Below, piece after piece: positions 16,562 to 24,745 of a DNA stretch of 32,000 bases. Origin of the DNA: Alistipes timonensis JC136 (lineage in GTDB: Bacteria > Bacteroidota > Bacteroidia > Bacteroidales > Rikenellaceae). The translations under genes and the position numbers were made by a program. Where the stretch lies: contig NZ_FNRI01000006.1 in the NCBI RefSeq assembly GCF_900107675.1, positions 161,761-193,760 of the forward strand, written 5' to 3'. The first letter of the stretch is position 1; the number at the start of each line of letters is the position of its first letter. The notes below the pieces were generated by a model. That model saw only the letters and a program-made list of their open reading frames with translations. It did no database searches and was not told the DNA's origin.

Positions 16562-16828
16562 ATGAAAAAGGGTATTCATCCGGAGAATTATCGTTTAGTG
16601 GCGTTCAAGGACATGTCCAACGACGTCGTGTTTTTGTGTCGGTCCGCCGTTTCGACAAAAGAGACCATCGAAGTGAACGGCGAAACCTATCCCGTGTATA
16701 AGATGGAAATTTCCAACACGTCGCACCCGTTCTACACCGGTAAGATGAAGTTGGTTGACACCGCTGGTCGCGTCGATAAGTTTATGAGCCGCTACGCAAA
16801 ACGCTACGATAAGAAAGGCGCGAAATAA
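16562..16828 (+). CDS. rpmE2: 50S ribosomal protein L31, type B (no zinc-ribbon cysteines)
   Basis: 88 aa beginning MKKGIHPENYRLVAFKD, with SHPFYTGKMKLVDTAGRVDKF. It lacks the CxxC pairs of type A L31. Confidence 0.95.
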   Translation: MKKGIHPENYRLVAFKDMSNDVVFLCRSAVSTKETIEVNGETYPVYKMEISNTSHPFYTGKMKLVDTAGRVDKFMSRYAKRYDKKGAK

Positions 16829-16852
16829 TCACATTGCGCGCTTTGATCCCAA

Positions 16853-16890
16853 AACGGGCTGCAACCGGAGGTTGCGGTCCGTTGTTTTTT
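16853..16890 (+). terminator. Intrinsic terminator after rpmE2
   Basis: AACGGGCTGCAACC / GGTTGCGGTCCGTT forms a 14-bp stem with two G-U pairs and loop GGA. It is followed by GTTTTTT. Confidence 0.65.
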
Positions 16891-16963
16891 GCACGCCGGG
16901 AGTGCCCGGAACAAAATTTGCGGCAGGTGACAAAATAGTTGAACAATCTGCTGATTTTTAATC

Positions 16964-16971
16964 TATATTTG
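16964..16971 (+). promoter_or_regulatory. -7 promoter box TATATTTG
   Basis: Exact TAnnTTTG 45 nt upstream of the ATG at 17016. Confidence 0.45.
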
Positions 16972-17015
16972 TACCTGCAGGCAAACGAGATTTTAGAATC
17001 TTAATGTAACGAATT

Positions 17016-17888
17016 ATGAAAAACTGCATGAAACATACCCTGTTTGCCGCGGCGCTGGGCGTCGCGGCCGTCCTTACGTCGTGCGTAAGCCGGCAGGTCG
17101 TCGTCGAGGCCGAAAACCAGCGGGATTCGCTGGCAACGGTCGTCAGTGCGAAAGACTCGCTCATCAATGCGGTCTTTGCGGACATCAACTCCATTTCGGA
17201 AAATCTCGCGCTGATCAAGTCGCGCGAAAACCTGATCACCATGGCCGGGGCGGCCGAAGGTGGCCGCCGTCCCGTCGCGGAGATCAACAGCGACATCGCC
17301 GCCATCGACCGGCTGCTGAAGGAGAACAAGGAAAAGATCGCTTCGCTGCAGCGTTCCGCAGCCCTGCTGCGCAAGGCCAACCTGCACGTCGCGAGCCTGG
17401 AGAAGATGATCGCCGATATGAACGGGCAGCTTGCGGAGAAGTCTGGCGAGGTGGACCGGCTGCGCGAAAAACTGGCACAGATGGGCATCGAGGTCGAGAG
17501 TCTTTCCCAGGAGGTCGCCGTGCGGAGCGCCGAGGTCGAGAACCTCAGCAGCGAGAAGGTCGAGTTGCAGAACCAGCTGCATACGGTCTATTACATCGTG
17601 GGCCCCGAGAAAGAGCTGCGCGACGCGCAGATCATCGACAAGCAGGGATTCATCGGCCGTACGCTGACGGTGGGAAAGAACGGTAATCTGGACAGTTTCA
17701 CGTCGGCCGATTCGCGCCTGTTGTCGGAGATTCCCGTCGGGCAGAAAAAGGCTTCGGTCGTCACGTCGCATCCCGAGGATTCGTACGAGCTGGTGGCAGG
17801 AGGCGACAAAATGGTCGAGAAATTGCTCATCACCGATCCCGTGCGGTTCTGGGAGTCGTCGAAGGTGCTTATAATCAGCTATAAATAA
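17016..17888 (+). CDS. Coiled-coil lipoprotein of unknown function (possibly Cbp1-like adhesin family)
   Basis: 290-aa ORF with lipobox AAVLTSC. It has a long heptad-like central region (IAAIDRLLKENKEKIASLQRSAALLRKANLHVASLEKMIADMNGQLAEKSGEVDRLREKLAQMGIEVESLSQE) and a globular C-terminal domain. The Cbp1-like suggestion is from memory of similarly sized Bacteroides proteins and is low confidence. Confidence 0.75.
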   Translation: MKNCMKHTLFAAALGVAAVLTSCVSRQVVVEAENQRDSLATVVSAKDSLINAVFADINSISENLALIKSRENLITMAGAAEGGRRPVAEINSDIAAIDRLLKENKEKIASLQRSAALLRKANLHVASLEKMIADMNGQLAEKSGEVDRLREKLAQMGIEVESLSQEVAVRSAEVENLSSEKVELQNQLHTVYYIVGPEKELRDAQIIDKQGFIGRTLTVGKNGNLDSFTSADSRLLSEIPVGQKKASVVTSHPEDSYELVAGGDKMVEKLLITDPVRFWESSKVLIISYK

Positions 17889-17921
17889 GGTATTCAAAGC
17901 CTGTTTGCAATGTCTTTTGGA

Positions 17922-17952
17922 GTCCCTGCCGACAACGGCGGGGACTTTTTTT
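17922..17952 (+). terminator. Intrinsic terminator
   Basis: GTCCCTGCCG / CGGCGGGGAC forms a 10-bp stem with one G-U pair and loop ACAA. It is followed by TTTTTTT. Confidence 0.7.
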
Positions 17953-17995
17953 GCCTTTCGCCGCGCCTATGGGGTTGGCTTTCCGAATTTTTTTG

Positions 17996-18003
17996 TACTT
18001 TTG
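17996..18003 (+). promoter_or_regulatory. -7 promoter box TACTTTTG for the AraC-family gene
   Basis: Exact TAnnTTTG 25 nt upstream of the ATG at 18028. Confidence 0.5.
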
Positions 18004-18027
18004 TCCCAAATCTCACATTCGTACTTT

Positions 18028-18942
18028 ATGGATTATCAACCCCAACCGCAGTTTGTGGAGTCGTCACTAAAAGAGAGTTGCACTGCGGATTGTAGTAGTT
18101 GTCCCACATTCCCTGCACCGTTTCGCCGCATCGGCGACTCGACCTACTGCAGGTTTTCGGAGCTGACCTTTGCGGCGGGAGAGGGTGCGTCCTTTCCGGC
18201 TGACCGCATGGTGCGCATTCTTTTCATTCTGTCGGGGTCGCTCAAACTCGAGCACGGCGCCGATACGGTCCGGCTGGTGACCTCGAAGCAATGCGTGTGC
18301 CTGGCCCGCAACGAGAACTTTTTGGCCACGGCCCAGGATGACGATACCCATGTGGTCGTGCTGTCGCTCATCCATCGGATCGAGTTTTGCGAGCAGGATA
18401 TTTTCGACAAGGTGATGCCTTACGATTCGGTTATCCCGACCGAGATCGTTCCGACACTTTCGATGCATTCCTCCATCGAGCATCTTTTGGGTTCTATCTT
18501 TACGATCCGGCAGATGGCCAACTGCGTTCGGTTCCACCGGATGAAGGCCACGGAGCTCTTTATGATGATCAAGGTGCTCTACACGCCGACCGAGCATGCT
18601 TATTTCTTCCAGTCGATGATTCAGCCGCAGGACAATTTCCGCGTCTTCGTCTGCAACAACTACGACAAGGCGCAGGGCGTGGCCGAACTGGCTTCGCTGG
18701 CGGGCATGAGCCTTTCGGTCTTCAAACGCCGTTTCGCCGAGCATTTCAACGACAGCGTCTACCACTGGATGATGCGCCAGAAGGCCCTCAAAGTCTTCTC
18801 CGACATTCGTGACGGCGAGGACAGCACCAAAGCGCTGATGAACAAGTACGGGTTCCGCCACTATACGCAGTTCAGCCGTTTCTGTAAGAATTACCTGCAG
18901 GCAACGCCCGCCCAGCTGATCGCTTCGATCAAAAAGAAATAG
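18028..18942 (+). CDS. AraC family transcriptional regulator
   Basis: The track ORF starts at 17905, but that extension covers the upstream terminator and promoter, so the ATG at 18028 (MDYQPQPQ) was chosen. The C-terminal dual HTH is VAELASLAGMSLSVFKRRFAEHF...KALMNKYGFRHYTQFSRFCKNYLQATPAQL. The N-terminal sensing domain was not recognised. Confidence 0.85.
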   Translation: MDYQPQPQFVESSLKESCTADCSSCPTFPAPFRRIGDSTYCRFSELTFAAGEGASFPADRMVRILFILSGSLKLEHGADTVRLVTSKQCVCLARNENFLATAQDDDTHVVVLSLIHRIEFCEQDIFDKVMPYDSVIPTEIVPTLSMHSSIEHLLGSIFTIRQMANCVRFHRMKATELFMMIKVLYTPTEHAYFFQSMIQPQDNFRVFVCNNYDKAQGVAELASLAGMSLSVFKRRFAEHFNDSVYHWMMRQKALKVFSDIRDGEDSTKALMNKYGFRHYTQFSRFCKNYLQATPAQLIASIKKK

Positions 18943-18966
18943 AACCCGGCTGCGGTTCTGATTCGC

Positions 18967-18995
18967 AGGAGGCTTCCCGGGAAGGGTGGCCTCCT
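18967..18995. terminator. Hairpin between the convergent AraC and GNAT genes
   Basis: AGGAGGC (18967-18973) pairs with GCCTCCT (18989-18995), enclosing the palindrome CTTCCCGGGAAG. The T-run downstream is weak (CACTTTTT). Confidence 0.4.
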
Positions 18996-19003
18996 TGCAC
19001 TTT

Positions 19004-19525
19004 TTACCGCTCCAGCACGTAAACGTTCAGGTCGATCCACTCTCCGTCGGAGAGCTCCTCGCCCCGCGGTTCCACATGGCTGAGCCGGAATCCGAGCCGC
19101 CGGGGAATGGCGTTGCTCGGCAGGTTGCCCACGCCGCAGCGGATTTCGATACGCCGCATGCCCATCTGCGTAAAGGCCCTGCCGCAGAGCGCCCGCACGG
19201 CCGCCGTCATGATTCCTTTTCCCTGCTGCTCTTCACGCAGCCAGTAGCCGATCTCGACGCTGTGCTTTTCGGCGTCGGCCGATTTGAAGCCGATCAATCC
19301 GGCAAAGGCCCCGCCGTCGCGGATCGTGTAGACCGGGTTGGCCGTGTCGGCGAGCATTCCGGCCACCACCGCTTCGCTTTGTTCGACGCAGTGGGTCTCG
19401 GCGACGAAAGGGAGCCAGCGGCCGAGGTGCCGGCGCTGGGTGTCGATCGAGCGGAAAATATCCGCGGCATCCTCCGGACGGAGCTGCCGGAGTGCGTAGG
19501 GGCCGAAAAGGGGAATCGTATTCAT
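19004..19525 (-). CDS. GNAT family N-acetyltransferase (RimJ/RimL-like)
   Basis: The ORF has a GNAT core (IGYWLREEQQGKGIMTAAVRALCGRAF...SNAIPRRLGFRL). The track start at 19543 is a TTG. The first ATG (19525, MNTIPLFG) sits 23 nt downstream of a TATCTTTA box on the minus strand, so it is preferred. Confidence 0.85.
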   Translation of the reverse strand: MNTIPLFGPYALRQLRPEDAADIFRSIDTQRRHLGRWLPFVAETHCVEQSEAVVAGMLADTANPVYTIRDGGAFAGLIGFKSADAEKHSVEIGYWLREEQQGKGIMTAAVRALCGRAFTQMGMRRIEIRCGVGNLPSNAIPRRLGFRLSHVEPRGEELSDGEWIDLNVYVLER

Positions 19526-19893
19526 AGTGGGAGCGGTTTTCAAAATTTAAAGATAGTGAAAAGAACGGAGGGGTCCAAACCGCACTGCAGGCGGTCGGCG
19601 AGACCTTACGGCCTTCCAAAAGCGCCGTCACGGCACGAAAGATAGTGAAAATATGCCGGAGCGCATATTAAAATAGGTGTGCCGGGTCCGGAAATAAGCT
19701 GTCCGGGAGGGGCGCGAATGCCGGCCGGACCGGCGGATGGCATAGTTGGACGAGAAAGACGATATTTTTTGCGGAAGCTGTTGCGTTATCCAAAACTTTT
19801 CCTATCTTTGCACCCGATTTCGCCCGTGAACCAACGGCGTTCGGGCGCGGTTCTTTGAGAAGAGTTAAAAAGTAGAAAATTTATCCCGAATAA

Positions 19894-19925
19894 TTTGCGC
19901 GGTAAATTTTTTATGCCTACTTTTG
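19894..19925 (+). promoter_or_regulatory. Promoter of the tRNA-tuf operon (-33 TTTG at 19894-19897, -7 TACTTTTG at 19918-19925)
   Basis: Both consensus elements are present with a 20-nt spacer. The -7 box is 22 nt upstream of the tRNA-Thr 5' end. Confidence 0.55.
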
Positions 19926-19946
19926 CAATCCAAAACGGTGAATACT

Positions 19947-20020
19947 GCCGATGTAGCTCAGTTGGCCAGAGCAGCTGATTTGTAATCAGCTGGTCGGGGG
20001 TTCGAATCCCTCCATCGGCT
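19947..20020 (+). tRNA. tRNA-Thr (anticodon TGT)
   Basis: GCCGATG-TA-GCTC-AGTTGGCCA-GAGC-A-GCTGA-TTTGTAA-TCAGC-TGGTC-GGGGG-TTCGAAT-CCCTC-CATCGGC-T. This is a canonical 74-nt cloverleaf. Confidence 0.95.
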
Positions 20021-20062
20021 CGGAAGGCCGACGCAGGGAGGAGCGGCGGCAGTGCAAGACAA

Positions 20063-20145
20063 GGGAAGTTACCAGAGTGGCCAAATGGGGCAGACTGTAA
20101 ATCTGCTGGCTTACGCCTTCGGTGGTTCGAATCCATCACTTCCCA
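20063..20145 (+). tRNA. tRNA-Tyr (anticodon GTA), long variable arm
   Basis: The acceptor is GGGAAGT/ACTTCCC and the anticodon arm is GCAGA-CTGTAAA-TCTGC. It has a long extra arm and T-loop TTCGAAT, 83 nt in total. Confidence 0.95.
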
Positions 20146-20237
20146 CTAAAGAAGAGTGCCGGTTGGAGTTGCTGGGTCCTGAACGCTGTTGAAAAACGGC
20201 GCAAGGGAAAGGATGACTCTGATACGGTTATGTTTTT

Positions 20238-20310
20238 GCGGAAGTAGCTCAGTTGATAGAGCATCAGCCTTCCAAGCTGAGGGTCGCGAGTTTGAGCCTC
20301 GTCTTCCGCT
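20238..20310 (+). tRNA. tRNA-Gly (anticodon TCC)
   Basis: GCGGAAG-TA-GCTC-AGTTGATA-GAGC-A-TCAGC-CTTCCAA-GCTGA-GGGTC-GCGAG-TTTGAGC-CTCGT-CTTCCGC-T. A genomically encoded CCA follows at 20311-20313. Confidence 0.9.
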
Positions 20311-20440
20311 CCACTGCGCAGCAGCGTGTGATGCGAACGCCTCCGTCGAACGGAAGGGAGTTTGCGTCGCTCGCTTGTTCTGCGGAATGAATTTTAAAAC
20401 TTTAGGACAATTTTTAACAATACTTTAAATACTTAATACT

Positions 20441-21628
20441 ATGGCAAAAGAAAAATTCGACCGGTCGAAACCGCACGTAAACATCGGTACCATCGGTCAC
20501 GTAGACCACGGTAAGACCACCCTTACCGCAGCTATCACGACTGTTCTGGCTAAGAACGGCCTCTCGGAGCTCCGTTCGTTCGACTCGATCGACAACGCTC
20601 CCGAGGAGAAAGAGCGTGGTATCACGATCAACACCTCGCACGTTGAGTACCAGACGGCCAACCGCCACTACGCTCACGTAGACTGCCCGGGCCACGCCGA
20701 CTATGTGAAGAACATGGTAACGGGTGCCGCTCAGATGGACGGCGCTATCCTGGTTGTTGCCGCTACGGACGGCCCGATGCCCCAGACCAACGAGCACGTA
20801 CTGCTCGCCCGTCAGGTGAACGTGCCGCGCATCGTTGTTTTCCTGAACAAGTGCGACATGGTTGACGATCCCGAAATGCTCGACCTGGTTGAGATGGAGG
20901 TTCGCGACCTGCTTTCGAAATACGAGTACGATGGCGACAACGCTCCCATCATCCGCGGTTCCGCACTCGGCGGCCTGAACGGCGAGCCCAAGTGGGAGGA
21001 GAAGATCATGGAGCTGATGAACGCTGTCGACGAGTACATTCCCATTCCCCCGCGTGAGAATGAGAAGCCGTTCCTGATGCCTGTCGAGGACGTGTTCTCG
21101 ATCACCGGCCGCGGTACCGTTGTAACGGGCCGTATCGAGACCGGTGTCATCCACGTAGGTGATCCCGTTGAGATCGTAGGTCTCGAGGAGAAGATTTTGA
21201 CTTCGACCTGTACGGGCGTCGAGATGTTCCGCAAGCTGCTCGATCAGGGCGAGGCCGGCGACAACGTAGGTCTGCTGCTCCGCGGTATCGACAAGAAGGA
21301 GGTAAAGCGCGGTATGGTACTCGCAGCGCCCAAGTCGATCACCCCGCACACCGAGTTCGAGGCTGAGGTCTACATCCTGAAGAAAGAGGAGGGTGGCCGT
21401 CACACGCCGTTCCACAACAACTATCGTCCCCAGTTCTACCTGCGTACGATGGACGTAACGGGTGAGGTTCACCTGCCCGCCGGCGTCGACATGGTTATGC
21501 CGGGCGACCACGTAACCATCTCCGTGAAGCTGATCTATCCGGTGGCTCTGAACGAGGGTCTGCGTTTCGCAATCCGCGAGGGTGGCCGTACGGTAGGTGC
21601 TGGTCAGATCTTGAAAATCGTGAAGTAA
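20441..21628 (+). CDS. tuf: Translation elongation factor EF-Tu
   Basis: 395 aa beginning [28 protein letters not shown], with DCPGHADY and NKCD G-motifs. Full-length similarity to bacterial EF-Tu. Confidence 0.99.
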   Translation: MAKEKFDRSKPHVNIGTIGHVDHGKTTLTAAITTVLAKNGLSELRSFDSIDNAPEEKERGITINTSHVEYQTANRHYAHVDCPGHADYVKNMVTGAAQMDGAILVVAATDGPMPQTNEHVLLARQVNVPRIVVFLNKCDMVDDPEMLDLVEMEVRDLLSKYEYDGDNAPIIRGSALGGLNGEPKWEEKIMELMNAVDEYIPIPPRENEKPFLMPVEDVFSITGRGTVVTGRIETGVIHVGDPVEIVGLEEKILTSTCTGVEMFRKLLDQGEAGDNVGLLLRGIDKKEVKRGMVLAAPKSITPHTEFEAEVYILKKEEGGRHTPFHNNYRPQFYLRTMDVTGEVHLPAGVDMVMPGDHVTISVKLIYPVALNEGLRFAIREGGRTVGAGQILKIVK

Positions 21629-21646
21629 TTCACGATCAGATATCCC

Positions 21647-21678
21647 GGGAGGCGGTGAACCGTATCGCCTCCCTTTTT
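21647..21678 (+). terminator. Intrinsic terminator-like hairpin after tuf, abutting tRNA-Trp
   Basis: GGGAGGCG (21647-21654) pairs with CGCCTCCC (21666-21673) and is followed by TTTTT. The tRNA-Trp 5' end follows immediately at 21679. Confidence 0.6.
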
Positions 21679-21749
21679 AGGAGCATAGTTCAAGGGTAGA
21701 ATAGCGGTCTCCAAAACCGTTGATGGGAGTTCGAATCTCTCTGCTCCTG
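21679..21749 (+). tRNA. tRNA-Trp (anticodon CCA)
   Basis: AGGAGCA-TA-GTTC-AAGGGTA-GAAT-A-GCGGT-CTCCAAA-ACCGT-TGAT-GGGAG-TTCGAAT-CTCTC-TGCTCCT-G. An encoded CCA follows at 21750-21752. Confidence 0.9.
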
Positions 21750-21770
21750 CCAAGAATAAAGGAAGAAGAT

Positions 21771-21968
21771 ATGTTGAATTACATTAAAGAATCCTATAAC
21801 GAGCTTGTAAACAAGGTGACGTGGCCTACGTTCCCGCAGCTCCAGAATTCGACGGTCGTTGTGATGGTGGCTTCGGCCATCTTTGCCGTTGTCGTGCTGG
21901 CGATGGACCTGACGTTCGAGAACATGATGGCCGCCATCTACAAGACCCTGGGTAATCTTGGTCGTTAA
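21771..21968 (+). CDS. secE: Preprotein translocase subunit SecE
   Basis: The track ORF (21720) overlaps tRNA-Trp. The ATG at 21771 gives a 65-aa protein, MLNYIKESYNELVNKVTWPT, with a single TM helix (VVVMVASAIFAVVVLAMDL). It sits in the canonical position before nusG. Confidence 0.9.
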   Translation: MLNYIKESYNELVNKVTWPTFPQLQNSTVVVMVASAIFAVVVLAMDLTFENMMAAIYKTLGNLGR

Positions 21969-21982
21969 TTTCTGCTGAAACG

Positions 21983-22543
21983 ATGAGCGAGATTAAGAAA
22001 CAGTGGTATGTAGTCCGCGCTATTGGTGGCAAGGAGGCGAAGGTGAAAGAGTATATCGAAGCCGAAATTCGCCACAACCATCTCGAGGACTACATCTCTC
22101 AAGTGCTGATCCCTACCGAAAAAGTCTATACCATCCGCAATGGTAAGAAGGTCTCGAAAGAGAAGGTTTCTTATCCGGGCTACGTGTTGGTGGAGGCCGC
22201 TTTCGTGGGGCAGATTCCCATTATAATTCGTAATACTCCCAATGTGCTGGGCTTCTTGGGCGACACCAAAGAGGACAGTCGCAAGATGAATGCCACGCCC
22301 CTGCGTCCGCAGGAGGTTGCACGCATCCTGGGCCGCGTCGACGAGATGAACGCCATGGAGGAGGAGAACGAAATACCATTCTTTGTCGGCGAGACCGTAA
22401 AAGTTACGGACGGTCCTTTCTCGAGCTTCCAAGGTACTATCGAGGCAGTCGACAACGAGCGCAAGAAACTCACGGTATCGGTGAAGATATTCGGGCGCAA
22501 AACTCCTATGGAGTTGGGTTTCACTCAAGTAGAAAAAGAATAA
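21983..22543 (+). CDS. nusG: Transcription termination/antitermination factor NusG
   Basis: 186 aa with an NGN domain (KKQWYVVRAIGGKEAKV) and a KOW motif (FFVGETVKVTDGPFSSFQGTI). Confidence 0.97.
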   Translation: MSEIKKQWYVVRAIGGKEAKVKEYIEAEIRHNHLEDYISQVLIPTEKVYTIRNGKKVSKEKVSYPGYVLVEAAFVGQIPIIIRNTPNVLGFLGDTKEDSRKMNATPLRPQEVARILGRVDEMNAMEEENEIPFFVGETVKVTDGPFSSFQGTIEAVDNERKKLTVSVKIFGRKTPMELGFTQVEKE

Positions 22544-22559
22544 TTAACCAAGGAAAACT

Positions 22560-23000
22560 ATGGCAAAAGAGGTTGCTGCATTTATTAAATTGCAGATCAA
22601 AGGTGGTGCCGCCAATCCTTCGCCCCCGGTTGGTCCCGCATTGGGTTCTAAGGGAGTCAATATCATGGACTTCTGCAAGCAGTTCAATGCACGTACGCAG
22701 GACAAGGCGGGAAAGGTTCTTCCGGTCATCATCACGGTTTACAGCGACAAATCGTTTGATTTCGTTGTAAAACAGCCGCCCGTAGCCGTTCAGCTCAAGG
22801 AAGCAGCCAAGGTGCAGAAAGGTTCCGCACAGCCCAACCGCGACAAGGTGGGACAGGTGACGTGGGATCAGGTCCGCGAGATCGCTCAGGACAAGATGCC
22901 CGACATGAACTGCTTTACGCTGGAGGCCGCGATGCGCATGGTTGCCGGTACTGCCCGCAGTATGGGTATCAATGTCGTCGGAGAATTTCCTAATATGTAA
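22560..23000 (+). CDS. rplK: 50S ribosomal protein L11
   Basis: 146 aa, [29 protein letters not shown]. Confidence 0.98.
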   Translation: MAKEVAAFIKLQIKGGAANPSPPVGPALGSKGVNIMDFCKQFNARTQDKAGKVLPVIITVYSDKSFDFVVKQPPVAVQLKEAAKVQKGSAQPNRDKVGQVTWDQVREIAQDKMPDMNCFTLEAAMRMVAGTARSMGINVVGEFPNM

Positions 23001-23011
23001 TTGCGAAGAAG

Positions 23012-23710
23012 ATGAGTAAGTTGACAAAAAATCAAAAGATCGCCTACGCAAAGGTGGAAGCCGCCAAGGTTTACAAACTCCCGGAGGCCGCCGCTCTTCT
23101 GAAGGAAATTACGTTTACGAAATTCGACGCTTCGGTAGATATCGACGTGCGTTTGGGCGTAGATCCGCGTAAGGCGAACCAGATGGTCCGCGGCGTGGTG
23201 ACGCTGCCCCACGGAACCGGCAAGACGGTGCGTGTGCTGGTGCTCTGTACTCCCGAGAAGGAGGCCGAGGCACAGGCCGCAGGCGCCGACTATGTAGGTC
23301 TGGACGAGTATGTTGACAAGATCAAGGCCGGCTGGACCGACGTTGACGTGATCATCTGTACTCCCAATGTGATGGGTAAGGTAGGTGCGCTGGGCCGTAT
23401 TCTGGGTCCCCGCGGACTGATGCCGAACCCCAAGACTGGTACGGTGACGATGGAAGTCGGCAAAGCCGTAGGCGAGGTGAAGGCCGGTAAGATCGACTTC
23501 AAGGTCGACAAGTTCGGTATCATCCACACGACGGTGGGCAAGGTGTCGTTCTCGGCAGAGCAGATCGTGGAAAACGCGAAAGAGGTGCTGAATATGATCA
23601 TCAAGCTCAAACCGGCTGCTGCCAAAGGTTCTTATGTGAAGAGTATCTATCTCTCGACCACCATGAGCCCCGGCGTGCAGATTGATTCCAAATCAGTAGA
23701 AACCAAATAA
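23012..23710 (+). CDS. rplA: 50S ribosomal protein L1
   Basis: 232 aa with [24 protein letters not shown] and GKTVRVLV. Confidence 0.98.
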   Translation: MSKLTKNQKIAYAKVEAAKVYKLPEAAALLKEITFTKFDASVDIDVRLGVDPRKANQMVRGVVTLPHGTGKTVRVLVLCTPEKEAEAQAAGADYVGLDEYVDKIKAGWTDVDVIICTPNVMGKVGALGRILGPRGLMPNPKTGTVTMEVGKAVGEVKAGKIDFKVDKFGIIHTTVGKVSFSAEQIVENAKEVLNMIIKLKPAAAKGSYVKSIYLSTTMSPGVQIDSKSVETK

Positions 23711-23727
23711 GAAGGAGGAGAGAAGAG

Positions 23728-24252
23728 ATGACTAAGGAAGAAAAACTGGTTGTAATTAACAACCTCGCCGAGCAGCTCCAGGCTTATCCTCACTTCTACA
23801 TCGCCGACATCGAGTCGCTGAACGCCGAGCAGACCGCTGCCCTGCGCCGTAAGTGCTTCGAGAGCGACGTGAAACTGGTGGTGGCTAAGAACACCCTTCT
23901 GGGCAAAGCCCTCGAGAAGGTGGAGAAGGCCGATGCTGATCTGGTAAAAGTATTGGAGGGTCCTACCTCGATTATGTTCGCCCATGTTGCGAAAGCTCCC
24001 GCTGTGCTTATCAAGGAGTTCCGCAAGAAATCGGACAAACCCGTCCTGAAAGCGGCTTTCGCCGAAGGATGCGTTTACGTGGGTGACGATCAGCTGGACG
24101 CTCTGTGTAACATCAAGTCGAAGGAGGAGCTTATCGGCGATATCATCGCTCTGCTGCAGTCCCCGGCGAAGAATGTTATCTCTGCATTGCAGGCTAATGC
24201 AGGCCAAAAGATTGCGGGCATCGTGAAGACGCTCGAATCGAGAAACAATTAA
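23728..24252 (+). CDS. rplJ: 50S ribosomal protein L10
   Basis: 174 aa, in the conserved position between rplA and rplL. The sequence is L10-like ([20 protein letters not shown]). Confidence 0.97.
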   Translation: MTKEEKLVVINNLAEQLQAYPHFYIADIESLNAEQTAALRRKCFESDVKLVVAKNTLLGKALEKVEKADADLVKVLEGPTSIMFAHVAKAPAVLIKEFRKKSDKPVLKAAFAEGCVYVGDDQLDALCNIKSKEELIGDIIALLQSPAKNVISALQANAGQKIAGIVKTLESRNN

Positions 24253-24295
24253 TTTCACAAACAAGAATCAAAAACAAATTAATAAGCTTACAACT

Positions 24296-24673
24296 ATGGC
24301 AGACGTAAAGAAACTTGCTGAAGAACTGGTTAACCTGAAGGTTACCGAGGTAAACGAACTCGCTCAGATCCTCAAGGAGGAGTATGGCATTGAGCCGGCT
24401 GCTGCCGCTGTTGCCGTTGCAGCCCCCGCTGCAGGCGCCGGTGAGGCCGCTGCTGCCGAGAAGTCGACGTTTGACGTGATCCTGAAGAGCGCAGGCCAGG
24501 CCAAGCTCCAGGTTATCAAGGTCGTGAAGGACCTCGCAGGTCTTTCGCTGGGCGACGCCAAGGCTCTCGTTGACGGTGCTCCCAAGGCTGTTAAGGAGGG
24601 TGTCTCCAAGGAAGAGGCTGAGCAGATCAAAGGCCAGCTCGAGGAGGCAGGTGCAGAAGTTGAGCTCAAGTAG
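24296..24673 (+). CDS. rplL: 50S ribosomal protein L7/L12
   Basis: 125 aa with an N-terminal dimerisation helix, an Ala/Pro-rich hinge and a C-terminal domain ([40 protein letters not shown]). Confidence 0.98.
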   Translation: MADVKKLAEELVNLKVTEVNELAQILKEEYGIEPAAAAVAVAAPAAGAGEAAAAEKSTFDVILKSAGQAKLQVIKVVKDLAGLSLGDAKALVDGAPKAVKEGVSKEEAEQIKGQLEEAGAEVELK

Positions 24674-24703
24674 CATTGCTGCTTAGGTCTCAGCAGACAA
24701 TCA

Positions 24704-24745
24704 GGTATAGGGCTAACCGGAGGTGTTAGCTCTATGCCTTTTCTT
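24704..24745 (+). terminator. rplL-rpoB intergenic attenuator / intrinsic terminator
   Basis: GGTATAGGGCTAAC (24704-24717) pairs with GTTAGCTCTATGCC (24725-24738) in a 14-bp stem with two G-U pairs and loop CGGAGGT. It is followed by TTTTCTT. Confidence 0.65.

Noticed and set aside
17905-18027. Upstream extension of the AraC-family ORF
   Set aside because: It spans the terminator at 17922-17952 and the TAnnTTTG promoter box at 17996-18003, so the ATG at 18028 is the plausible start. For similar reasons, the non-ATG rpoB extension at 24861-24905 was dropped in favour of the first ATG, and the secE extension at 21720-21770 was dropped because it overlaps tRNA-Trp.
19786-20428. ORFs 19786-20139 (minus, 117 aa) and 20189-20428 (plus, 79 aa)
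   Set aside because: They overlap tRNA-Thr/Tyr and tRNA-Gly respectively, so the open frames are incidental.
24380-24470. Ala/Pro-rich low-complexity coding stretch ([21 protein letters not shown])
   Set aside because: This is the normal flexible hinge of ribosomal protein L7/L12, not a repeat element.
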